Below are positions 1 through 11,796 of a stretch of 64,000 nt of DNA, piece by piece. The notes beneath the pieces were generated by a model. That model was not told the DNA's origin and did no database searches. It was given only the letters and a program-made list of their open reading frames with translations. The position numbers and the translations under genes were made by a program. Numbering within the stretch: position 1 is the first letter of the stretch; each line of letters begins with the position of its first letter. The DNA is taken from positions 1 to 64,000 of the forward strand of contig JAUFOQ010000017.1 of assembly GCA_040285855.1 (NCBI GenBank), read 5' to 3'. Source of the DNA: Eukaryota sp. GEM-RC1 (Eukaryota).

Positions 1-437
1 CTACATTGAGGCATCAAATACCTCAATGGACATGTATAGGTGGCATACTTTAGCCATCAATTTTCAGGGCTAGTTGATTCGGCAGGTGAGTTGTTACACT
101 CCTTAGCGGATTCCGACTTCCATGGCCACCGTCCTGCTGTCAATATCAACCAACACCTTTTGGGGTCTAAATGAGTACACACTTAGGCACCTTAACATGT
201 CTTTGGAGCATCCCACATCGCCAGTTCTGCTTACCAAAATGGCCCACTTAGAACTCATATTCAAACGCCACAATCACAAAAGTATTGCAGAGTGTCTTGC
301 CCATTTAAAGTTTGAGAATAGGCTAAGAGCATTGCGCCCCTAGTACCTCTAATCATTAGCTTTACCGGACAAAACTAACACGAGCTCCAGCTATCCTGGG
401 GAAACTTCGGGAGGAACCAGCTACTAGCCGCTTCGAT
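1..437 (-). rRNA. 28S rRNA: 28S/LSU rRNA unit 1, part downstream of the insertion (continues off window)
   Basis: Reverse complement contains conserved LSU motifs such as CTAGTAGCTGGTTCC..CGAAGTTTCCC.AGGATAGC and GGTAAGCAGAACTGGCGATG. Confidence 0.97.
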
Positions 438-977
438 TTTTAATTGTAATCTTTGCTCTTTTCTTCGGTTGATGCTGGTCACAGCTCAAATTGTAACAGC
501 TGTTCTCGTCATCGTACTTTTTAGACATGACGAGATCAAGAATCTCATTGCCGAACACACTTCTTTGCCGTTGAATTCAAATTGAAGCTTGGTGCCGCTT
601 ATGGGGTCATTGACTTGTTTGACCCCACATCTAAACTTGGTTTGGATGTTGCTGTGGTTGGGGAATGGTCATCTCCCTGACTATGATTTGGCTCATGCTG
701 AATCACGTAAGTGGAACAGGTATGGGAAGTTTAGACCTGGATTAATTTCTGATCTAGTTCCTTTGATTTTTCAATTTTTGGTGGTTTGTTTGAGGAAACT
801 ATTGCTTCTTTGAAATCTATTGGAGCTGATTCACTTTATGGATCAGATTCATTGTATTTTAATTCGTAGAGGTGAGAGTATTTCTTGTTTGTATCAAACA
901 CTGGCTAAGCTTCGCTCAGCTGGTATTTAGTTTTAATTTCTTATATTTTGCTATTTGTATTGATTTACCTTAATAAA
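438..977 (+). mobile_element. 5'-truncated non-LTR retrotransposon copy (RLE region and 3' UTR) inserted antisense in 28S
   Basis: Flanked by AGCCGCTTCGAT at 426-437 and 978-989. Matches the 3' end of the long copy at 11.8-15.0 kb. About 6 extra nt (TTTTAA) at the 5' junction; ends in TTAATAAA. Confidence 0.95.
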
Positions 978-1502
978 AGCCGCTTCGATGAGTCTTTCGC
1001 CCCTATACCCAAATTCGACGAGTGATTTGCACGTCAACATCGCTGCGGACTTCCACCAGAATTTCTCCTGGCTTCATCCTACTCAGGCATAGTTCAGCGG
1101 CTTTCGGGTCGTATCCGTACTGCTCATACGCGGATCTCTTTACAAGAACCGGTTGGAGTTGCAAGCCGAAGCCATCACTCCATGAAATTACTTTCATTTG
1201 CGCCCTCAGGTTTTTACACCCCTACGACTCGCAGTAAAGATACACTCCTTGGTCCGTGTTTCAAGACGGGACAGTTGGACCCTTTATATTGGAGTCTCGG
1301 CCGAAGCCGTATACCTGCCTCCAGAAGAATGTCAATGCCAAGGCTATAACACCACTAACAACCGAAGTCATCAATGGCTACCTTCCTCAACACATTCAAA
1401 CTCCCAAAGGCACTCCAACTTCCGACAACCGAAGCTGTCTACTGTGGGGGCCAACCGCTTATCCTATTAGTGATTTCAGGTACTTTTAACTCTCTCTTCA
1501 GA

Positions 1503-1533
<31 letters not shown>

Positions 1534-1877
1534 GAACTATCGGTCTCCAACTATATTTAGCTTTACGGGAATCTTACCCCGCATTTAACGCTGCATTTCC
1601 AAACAGCGCGACTCTCGGAACACCAACGGTGATTCAGTCATTCGATGTCATGTACGGGATTTTCACCCTCCACGATACCCTTTCCAAGGGTTTGTACACC
1701 GAGGACCAAACGCTGGAGTCCTTAGACCACATGTCGTCACAGCCAAAAGGCCATGAAGATTTAGTCTTGAGCTTTTCCTGTTCGTTCGCCACTACTAAGG
1801 AAATCATAGTTATTTTCTTTTCCCTCCCCTTATTGATATGCTTAAGTCCAGGGGTACTCCTACTTGAAATCAGGCCA
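978..1877 (-). rRNA. 28S rRNA: 28S/LSU rRNA unit 1, 5' part
   Basis: Minus strand shows GTAGGAGTACCCCTGGACTTAAGCATATCAATAAG, CCGTCTTGAAACACGGACCAAGGAG and GGGTATAGGGGCGAAAGAC. 5' end approximate. Confidence 0.96.
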
Positions 1878-2044
1878 TTTTAATGGTTAGGACCGAGATC
1901 CTCAACTACACATCAGTAAATAATCAAGCTATTGCAAAAGTTGCCTTCAACAACAGTAATGACCATCAACAGTCAGTACAGAAGATGTATTTAAGATCAG
2001 AAGATATACTTCAAAACCCAATCAACCCGAAGGTTAAAGTGCAT

Positions 2045-2208
2045 ACGACACTGATTCAAGTATACCCTAACAACGCCGAAGCATTGAAAGGGTGCCATGT
2101 GCGTTCAAAATTTCGATGTTTCACAGGTTCTGCAATTCGCATTACGTATCGCATTTCGCTGCGTTCTTCATCGATCTTGGAGCCGAGACATCCATCACTA
2201 AGAGTCTT
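2045..2208 (-). rRNA. 5.8S rRNA: 5.8S rRNA unit 1
   Basis: Minus strand has GATCGATGAAGAACGCAGCGAAATGCGATACGTAATGCGAATTGCAGAA. Ends approximate. Confidence 0.96.
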
Positions 2209-2305
2209 TAATTTCAAACACTGTAAACAGCGTCTAAAAAGGTTTTTTAAATTTTATAATAAAATGAATTGGTTCGTTATTAAGGTTAAGTTATAGTGAT
2301 TCAAC

Positions 2306-2348
2306 AATGATCCATCCGCATTTATTGACGCCCAATAGGTTTCACCTC

Positions 2349-2391
<43 letters not shown>

Positions 2392-2842
2392 GGGGACGTA
2401 TTCAGTGCATGCTGATGACATGCACTTACAAGTTATTCCTCGTTCAAGACCCATAATTGCAAGGGTCTATCCCAGTCAAGACAGACATTCTCAAGATTAC
2501 CCAAACTTTTCAGTTAAGGACAAACTCGTTGAATCTGCCATTGTAGCGCGTGCGGCCCAGAACATCTAAGGGCATCACAGACCTGTTATTGCCTAAACCT
2601 TCCTCTGTAAAACCACAGCAGTCTCGCTAAGAAGAACAACCTATCCGAAAATAAGCTATCCTATTTAGCGACTTAGATCTCGTTCGTTATCGGAATTAAC
2701 CAGACAAATCACTCCACCAACTAAGAACGGCCATGCGCCACTAACCGTAAGATCATGAAAGAGCTATCAATCTGTCAATCCTTATTACGTCTGGACCTGG
2801 TAAGTTTCTCCGTGTTGAGTCAGATTGCCGCAGGCTCCACAA

Positions 2843-2878
<36 letters not shown>

Positions 2879-3987
2879 AGCCTTGCGACCATACTCCCCC
2901 GTTACCCAAGAACTTATGGTTTCCCATAAGGTGCTCAGAGGGTCGTATGTTAACGCCTCCAAATCCCTAGTCGGCATAGTTTATGGTTGAGACTACGACG
3001 GTGTCTAATCGTCTTCGATCCCCAACTTTCGACCTTGATTAATGAGAACATCTTTGGCAAATGCTGCAGTAGTTAGTCATCCGGCAATCCAAGAATTTCA
3101 CCTCTGACACCGGAGTACTAATGCCCCTAACTGTCCCTTTTAATCATTACTCTAGTCCTCAAAACCAATAAAACAGAACCAAAGTCCTATTCCATTATTC
3201 CATGCTAAGTTATTCAATTGCATAAAGCCTGCTTTGAACACTCTAATTTTTCAAAGTAAACGGTCTAAATTCAATAACCACCGCCGAAGCAAATGATCAT
3301 TGTCCTTAGATTCTAAGAGCTTGCCATCCAACAGGTTAGACCCATCGGACAACAAACTCTGACTTTCAACTACGGACGATTTAAACGCAGCAATTTTAAG
3401 ATACACTACTAGAGCTGGAATTACCGCGGCTGCTGGCACCAGACTTGCCCTCTAGTAGCTCCTCGTTAAAGGTTTTAAGTTGTACTCATTCCAATTACGA
3501 ACTCAAAAGAGCCCAGTATTGTTATTTTTGTCACTACCTCCTCGTGTTGAGATTGGGTAATTTTCGCGCCTGCTGCCTTCCTTGGATGTGGTAGCCGTTT
3601 CTCAGGCTCCTCTCCGGAATCAAACCCTAATTCCCCGTTACCCGTCATAACCACCGTAAGCCACTACCTTACGGTTTAGTTGATAGGGCAGTGATTTAAG
3701 CGATATGTCGCCGTCCGAAGACATGCGATCAGCATAGTTATTATGAATCACCAAAGACCTGTTGCCAGGATTGGTTTTGTATCTAATAAATGCATCACTG
3801 TTGCCAATGATTGAGTGCATGTATTAGCTCTAGATTTACTACGGTTATCCAAGTAGTAAGGCACTATCAAATAAACTATAACTGATTTATTGAGCCATTC
3901 GCAGTTTCGGAGAAAACTCCTGAACTTAGACATGCATGGCTTAATCTTTGAGACAAGCATATGCCTACTGGCAGGATCAACCAGGTA
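2306..3987 (-). rRNA. 18S rRNA: 18S/SSU rRNA unit 1 (3' end garbled, about 90 nt shorter than unit 3)
   Basis: Starts TACCTGGTTGATCCTGCCAG and has GTGCCAGCAGCCGCGGTAA. Segment 2321-2336 replaces the helix 44/45 sequence seen at 20561-20666. Confidence 0.95.
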
Positions 3988-6033
3988 TCATCAGTGATAG
4001 CCAATCATCTTGCGACGACTGACTTCAAAGCTATGACATCCTGTTTTAAATCAACCATCAGATGGTCGATTCGTGTTGATCATTTGATCTTTCACATGTC
4101 CCAACTAGTAGCCTGATAACCACTAATCGTTCCATATGATGTACCTATAGATAGATTGCATGAACTTCAATTCATCTTCTTTCAGTACAGTGGGTGCATT
4201 CAAACCTTAATGTTTCCATCTTGGCTTTCGTACAACACCATTTTGTTACCGAAGTAACAGGGTCATTCGAACAAAAATCCAATACAACATTGATAAACAT
4301 TGTAAAAGACCATGTAAGAAGACATGACTTTAGTATACCTAACCGAAATCAGAATTACTCTGACATCTGAGAGAGGTACACCCTACATATATGCCAAGTT
4401 TTTCATTTATATACCCTTTTACCAACAATGACTCGGATGACCATACCTAAATAGCTCAAATCCGCAATAAAAATGGTCCCAAAAACTTTCAAAAAATCAG
4501 AAAAACTTGTAACTTTTCGAGGCTTAAAAAAAGTTCCGAACTTTTCTGGGGGTAGGGGCCAAAAAAGTTTGGAACTTTCTGGGGGTCATTTGAGTTGGTT
4601 TTTTACGGTGAAAACTGGTTGGGGTCTTTTTTGACTCGACTTGGTATTTCGTTTGTAATTGATTATTTGCACTAAATAATGGATAGAATTGTATTTTTGT
4701 AAAATTTGGAATAGTTGATGGTTATCGTTTGATTGATGACCTGGTATGATTTTTGACTGTCATGGGGGTCAAAATGATTCCGATGGATTTATGATGTCCC
4801 AAAGGTATCTTTTGAATGTAGTTGTGTAATTAGTGGTTGAGGTGCAATCACAATCAAATGTAGGTCAAAATGAATTTCTCCGAGAACAGCTCATGACAGT
4901 CAATCATGTTGTACACACCGTCACCAACATCTCCTTGCCCATGTTTTTATGAAGTTAGAACGTTCCAACATGTCTAGAGGCTGTGCACGAGTGGAAAGAG
5001 TGTTAAAAGTGTCGAAATCGTGATTACTCAGGAGTTGAGCTCATCTTGATACTTGTAACACTGAACATCGTAATCTATGCATATGATAACCTAATAGCAC
5101 TGTTAACAGCATCAGTTGAATCAGTTTCATCTTAACTCCAGTAGTGTTTGAATATTGGTCAAGTTCAATTGGTTCTCACTCATGACTGTTGATACATTTT
5201 GATTTCTTCTTTAATACAGTTATGTCCCATACCAATGTGTAAATGGCACGCCCACTGGTGCATGATCATATGATTGTAGGAAAAAGTTTTTGTATAAGTA
5301 AGTGATTTCAACTTACTACTAGTAAACTATCATGTAAAAGGGGACATTGGATTCTCTTAGTATACATTCTGTACAGTTGGTCGACACACATATTATAGTA
5401 ACCCAACAGTGGTGGATCGCCTCTCAAGATGACATGGTGAATTAATTATTTTAGTCAAAATAGTTAAATTCTATCTTTCAGTGGTTACTTTGGAATTATC
5501 TATAACTGTGCAACAGTGTTACTATGGTGGTGTTCATTAGGTATATAACAATCAAAATCATCATGACGGTCGACCAAGAGCAAGAGTATGGTCAAATCTG
5601 AAAATGAACAAAACCACTTCTACAACACTTTAGAGTTGTTTTGACATGTTCACACAAGAGTAGAACTAATATCAATGCCAAACATCAAAAGTCAATCAAA
5701 ATTGTATCACAGTCAATCAAACATCATTCACATAAATTGAACTCAATCACATAACTTAAATCCAAAATATCAAAAATCAACACCATCTAGTCCAAAAGAA
5801 ACAATTAAAACTGTATATCAGTACATTGGCAGATCGTTTCTACATCAACACAACACTTTTACAAACAATGACTATTACCACTGCAATACAATGTAAACTA
5901 TTACATACTACTATAGTACACTATGACTGTTAGTGTTGGAGATGTACATGACAATTGATCTGATTTTTATGAAACTCCAATTACTACAATTGATGCCTGC
6001 CAAGGTGACTACAATGACTATACCAACTAATCC
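3988..6033 (-). other. 5' ETS and internally deleted intergenic spacer, unit 1
   Basis: Near-identical to 7331-9255 up to about 5900, then jumps to the equivalent of about 11586-11734. Confidence 0.85.
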
Positions 6034-6184
6034 AATTAACCAGACAAATCACTCCACCAACTAAGAACGGCCATGCGCCACTAACCGTAAGATCATGAAA
6101 GAGCTATCAATCTGTCAATCCTTATTACGTCTGGACCTGGTAAGTTTCTCCGTGTTGAGTCAGATTAAGCCGCAGGCTCCACAA

Positions 6185-6240
<56 letters not shown>

Positions 6241-7330
6241 GTTACCCAAGAACTTATGGTTTCCCATAAGGTGCTCAGAGGGTCGTATGTTAACGCCTCC
6301 AAATCCCTAGTCGGCATAGTTTATGGTTGAGACTACGACGGTGTCTAATCGTCTTCGATCCCCCAACTTTCGACCTTGATTAATGAGAACATCTTTGGCA
6401 AATGCTTTCGCAGTAGTTAGTCATCCGGCAATCCAAGAATTTCACCTCTGACACCGGAGTACTAATGCCCCCAACTGTCCCTTTTAATCATTACTCTAGT
6501 CCTCAAAACCAACAAAATAGGGCCAAAGTCCTATTCTATTATTCCATGCTAATGTATTCACAGCGTAAGCCTGCTTTGAACACTCTAATTTTTTCAAAGT
6601 AAACGGTCTAAATTCAATAACCACCGCCGAAGCAAATGATCATTGTCCTTAGACTTAAGAGCTTGCCATCCAACAGGTTAGACCCATCGGACAACAAACT
6701 CTGACTTTCAACTACGGACGATTTAAACGCAGCAATTTTAAGATACACTACTAGAGCTGGAATTACCGCGGCTGCTGGCACCAGACTTGCCCTCTAGTAG
6801 CTCCTCGTTAAAGGTTTTAAGTTGTACTCATTCCAATTACGAACTCAAAAGAGCCCAGTATTGTTATTTTTGTCACTACCTCCTCGTGTTGAGATTGGGT
6901 AATTTTCGCGCCTGCTGCCTTCCTTGGATGTGGTAGCCGTTTCTCAGGCTCCCTCTCCGGAATCAAACCCTAATTCCCCGTTACCCGTCATAACCACCGT
7001 AAGCCACTACCTTACGGTTTAGTTGATAGGGCAGTGATTTAAGCGATATGTCGCCGTCCGAAGACATGCGATCAGCATAGTTATTATGAATCACCAAAGA
7101 CCTGTTGCCAGGATTGGTTTTGTATCTAATAAATGCATCACTGTTGCCAATGATTGAGTGCATGTATTAGCTCTAGATTTACTACGGTTATCCAAGTAGT
7201 AAGGCACTATCAAATAAACTATAACTGATTTATTGAGCCATTCGCAGTTTCGGAGAAAACTCCTGAACTTAGACATGCATGGCTTAATCTTTGAGACAAG
7301 CATATGCCTACTGGCAGGATCAACCAGGTA
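6034..7330 (-). pseudogene. 18S rRNA: Partial 18S rRNA (5' ~1.3 kb only), unit 2
   Basis: Matches 2694-3987 and is fused directly to spacer sequence at about 6034. No 18S 3' end, ITS, 5.8S or 28S follows. Confidence 0.9.
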
Positions 7331-10300
7331 TCATCAGTGATAGCCAATCATCTTGCGACGACTGACTTCAAAGCTATGACATCCTGTTTTAAATCAACCA
7401 TCAGATGGTCGATTCGTGTTGATCATTTGATCTTTTCACATGTCCCAACTAGTAGCCTGATAACCACTAATCGTTCCATATGATGTACCTATAGATAGAT
7501 TGCATGAACTTCAATTCATCTTCTTTCAGTACAGTGGGTGCATTCAAACCTTAATGTTTCCATCTTGGCTTTCGTACAACACCATTTTGTTACCGAAGTA
7601 ACAGGGGTCATTCGAACAAAAATCCAATACAACATTGATAAACATTGTAAAAGACCATGTAAGAAGACATGACTTTAGTATACCTAACCGAAATCAGAAT
7701 TACTCTGACATCTGAGAGAGGTACACCCTACATATATGCCAAGTTTTTCATTTATATACCCTTTTACCAACAATGACTCGGATGACCATACCTAAATAGC
7801 TCAAATCCGCAATAAAAATGGTCCCAAAAAACTTTCAAAAAAAATCAGAAAAACTTGTAACTTTTTCTGGGGGCCAAAAAAGTTCCGGAACTTTTCTGGG
7901 GGTAGGGGCCAAAAAAGTTTGGAACTTTTCTGGGGGTCATTTGAGTTGGTTTTTTTTACGGTGAAAACTGGTTGGGGTCTTTTGACTCGACTTGGTATTT
8001 CGTTTGTAATTGATTATTTGCACTAAATAATGGATAGAATTGTATTTTTGTAAAATTTGGAATAGTTGATGGTTATCGTTTGATTGATGACCTGGTATGA
8101 TTTTTGACTGTCATGGGGGTCAAAAATGATTCCGATGGATTTATGATGTCCCAAAGGTATCTTTTTGAATGTAGTTGTGTAATTAGTGGTTGAGGTGCAA
8201 TCACAATCAAATGTAGGTCAAAATGAATTTCTCCCAGAACAGCTCATGACAGTCAATCATGTTGTACACACCGTCACCAACATCTCCTTGCCCATGTTTT
8301 TATGAAGTTAGAACGTTCCAACATGTCTAGAGGCTGTGCACGAGTGGAAAGAGTGTTAAAAGTGTCGAAATCGTGATTACTCAGGAGTTGAGCTCATCTT
8401 GATACTTGTAACACTGAACATCGTAATCTATGCATATGATAACCTAATAGCACTGTTAACAGCATCAGTTGAATCAGTTTCATCTTAACTCCAGTAGTGT
8501 TTGAATATTGGTCAAGTTCAATTGGTTCTCACTCATGACTGTTGATACATTTTTGATTTCTTCTTTAATACAGTTATGTCCCATACCAATGTGTAAATGG
8601 CACGCCCACTGGTGCATGATCATATGATTGTAGGAAAAAGTTTTTGTATAAGTAAGTGATTTCAACTTACTACTAGTAAACTATCATGTAAAAGGGGGAC
8701 ATTGGATTCTCTTAGTATACATTCTGTACAGTTGGTCGACACACATATTATAGTAACCCAACAGTGGTGGATCGCCTCTCAAGATGACATGGTGAATTAA
8801 TTATTTTAGTCAAAATAGTTAAATTCTATCTTTCAGTGGTTACTTTGGAATTATCTATAACTGTGCAACAGTGTTACTATGGTGGTGTTCATTAGGTATA
8901 TAACAATCAAAATCATCATGACGGTCGACCAAGAGCAAGAGTATGGTCAAATCTGAAAATGAACAAAACCACTTCTACAACACTTTAGAGTTGTTTTGAC
9001 ATGTTCACACAAGAGTAGAACTAATATCAATGCCAAACATCAAAAGTCAATCAAAATTGTATCACAGTCAATCAAACATCATTCACATAAATTGAACTCA
9101 ATCACATAACTTAAATCCAAAATATCAAAAATCAACACCATCTAGTCCAAAAGAAACAATTAAAACTGTATATCAGTACATTGGCAGATCGTTTCTACAT
9201 CAACACAACACTTTTACAAACAATGACTATTACCACTGCAATACAATGTAAACTAGCAATAATGACCCTAATTCATCAACTCAAGTCTATATATTTTTGA
9301 AACTTTTCACCTCAACTATAGTGACAAACTGACCATGTATAAAATGTTGACCAAAGTACATGTGAAAAATAAAAAGTCTTTGAAAGTTGATAAATGTTAT
9401 ACCAATGGGTTGTTAACATCATATAGATGATGCATTGGTAATATCAGTGACATTGGTTGGTAAAGTGTATGGTCTTTAGTTATTGGTAATTTTGAAGTAC
9501 ACATGAAAGTTGTAAATTTCCACTTTTAACACCTTAACTGATGATCTTGAGAAGTTATATATTGGTTTGGAATCAATTTTATCTGAGTCGAATGTTTTTC
9601 ATTTTGACTTGGTAGTACTAGTGTATGAGTATCAAAGTGACAAAATGAATGTTATGGATATTAAACAGTTGTACTAGTACTAGTAGTAGTATCACTGTAG
9701 TAGTGTTCACAGTGAATATTAGCTGTTGAATTAAATTCTGTGGTAAAAAGTGGTCATTGGTGGATTTTGTTTTGTCAGTCCTTTGATGTCACTTTGGTTT
9801 TATTTGTTTTTGATTTTTATGGCGGTGTATAGTGGTACTATAGTGTACAAGTGTGTATTTCAAATTAGGTTTGTTCAAGTCAAGTTGTATATGTTTGGTA
9901 TATAATGAGTATTTTGGTATTAAAAAATGAGTCACTTGAGCACTAGTTTTGATTATTACATAGTGGTTTAGTAAGTGTTTTTGTATAGTGTGGTTGATGT
10001 AAAAATTTTAAATTTAATATGTTTGATTTCTATATTTATTACTTTAATGTATGTAATTGTGTTGTAATTCGTTGAATTGGAGTTAATGTATATGGTTTTT
10101 GGATCCTAATAAACAATATGATGATACATATAGGTATATATCACAATCAATCAATTTTGATTGGTACCAAGATTTAAGCCCAATATTGGTTCTACTTACT
10201 ACTTTGAGTTTTGTTTACGTGTTTAGACTTGTTTATTGGACAGTGTAGTGTGTGTATTGCTGGTTGAAGTTTCACATGATGAGTATAAAGTTGGTGTATC

Positions 10301-10551
10301 TGATAGTAGTCGAATTATTAATGTTTATTAAAAGTATTACTAATATTTTACAACAATATTAGTTGAATTTGAATCTTTTGCTTTTTGATTGTACTAATGT
10401 TACTGTATGTGTGTTACTAACTGTAGTACAACTTTAGTTCAATATAACATTCATTTATTACACAGTTATACTGAGTTCCCAAAATTTGCAACGTCACATC
10501 ACATAAATAACTACCCAAAGGTACAAAATAACTACCCAACAACAAACAAAA

Positions 10552-10671
10552 AGAATGCAGCACTCAGTGTTCGCTTGTGGTCTCCCACCAAACTACTAAC
10601 TAAGCCTTTGGCCACTTAACTTCGGAATTCGGAATGGGATCCGGTGCTATGGACCAAGTATGGCCGCATTC
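10552..10671 (-). rRNA. 5S rRNA: 5S rRNA in the rDNA spacer, same strand as the 45S unit
   Basis: Minus strand reads GAATGCGGCCATAC...GATCCCATTCCGAATTCCGAAGTTAAG...TTAGTAGTTTGGTGGGAGACCAC...GCTGCATTCT. 120 nt, complementary ends, oligo-T terminator. Confidence 0.95.
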
Positions 10672-10705
10672 ATGTGTACTATAGTGATTGTGGGTTTAAG
10701 CTTGT

Positions 10706-10835
10706 TGAGTATTATACTGTTGGGTGAGTAACACTAATACAATTGGTATGTGATTTGTACTTTTGTACTATGAGTATTATACTGTTGGGTGAGTAACACT
10801 AATACAATTGGTATGTGATTTGTACTTTTGTACTA
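10706..10835. repeat. 65-bp direct tandem duplication in the spacer
   Basis: TGAGTATTATACTG...TTTTGTACTA occurs twice; the unit 3 spacer has one diverged copy near 26737-26801. Confidence 0.9.
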
Positions 10836-11796
10836 CATTGAGTCATGTTCATAGTAGTAGATAGATTGTGCATAGTGATGTTGTAACTATGATACAATGT
10901 TGATACATACTAACAATATTGAGAAGTTGAGTCTGACCAATTATCTTGTATATGTGTGACACAGTATTACACTTTTATCAATATGTTATACACTAGTATG
11001 TGGTGTTGTCAATGTTGTGTGATTCAAAATTTGTCTAGTTTCAAATATTATTAAGATGTATGTCTCACAAGTGTGGTGTAGTGATTTGGTATAGTAGTAC
11101 AGATGTTTTGTCATTAACATTTGTGATTTTGCATAGATTTATAAAACTATTGGTACAAGTCATTGCTAAATATTTGACATTATTTAAAATTTGTCAAACT
11201 CAAGTAACACTGTTTTATTCGATTTGATGTGAATATGAGTTCTGTAAGTGGTGATTATGTATAGTGCATAGTATGTGTCATGTATCAGTGTGTGACTTGT
11301 ACTTACATGTATAAGTCTATTTGATATTGGTGTACTATTCATGTGTCAGTGATTAAGATTGTGACTTATAGAATCACATCCATCAATTACATTTGATTCA
11401 GTCTTTGTCAGTTGACGTAGTACTATACTACTATACTAGTGCTATGGTACATGTTTAGCTATATGTCTATCTCATCTACATCACTATCATTATGATTGTG
11501 AATGTGATGAAGGTATGTTGTGAATCACTCTAATCAATTTTGATTGGTTTAGTGATTGTCACTGTGATTAGCTATTACTAGTATTACTATTACATCTACA
11601 CACCAATGACTACTATAGTACACTATGACTGTTAGTGTTGGAGATGTACATGACAATTGATCTGATTTTATGAAACTCCAATTACTACAATTGATGCCTG
11701 CCAAGGTGACTACAATGACTATACCAACTAATCCATGACACCCATGGACCAATCAAAATTGATTGAAAAAATGTTTTCACTTGGTATGCTGAAACT

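Larger units (their letters stand above)
7331..11796 (-). other. 5' ETS and intergenic spacer, unit 2 (contains 5S)
   Basis: Collinear with 22327-27784; similarity ends at GGTATGCTGAAACT. Confidence 0.85.

Noticed and set aside
438..977. Group I intron in 28S
   Set aside because: It has a target duplication, matches the retroelement 3' end and shows no recognisable ribozyme core.
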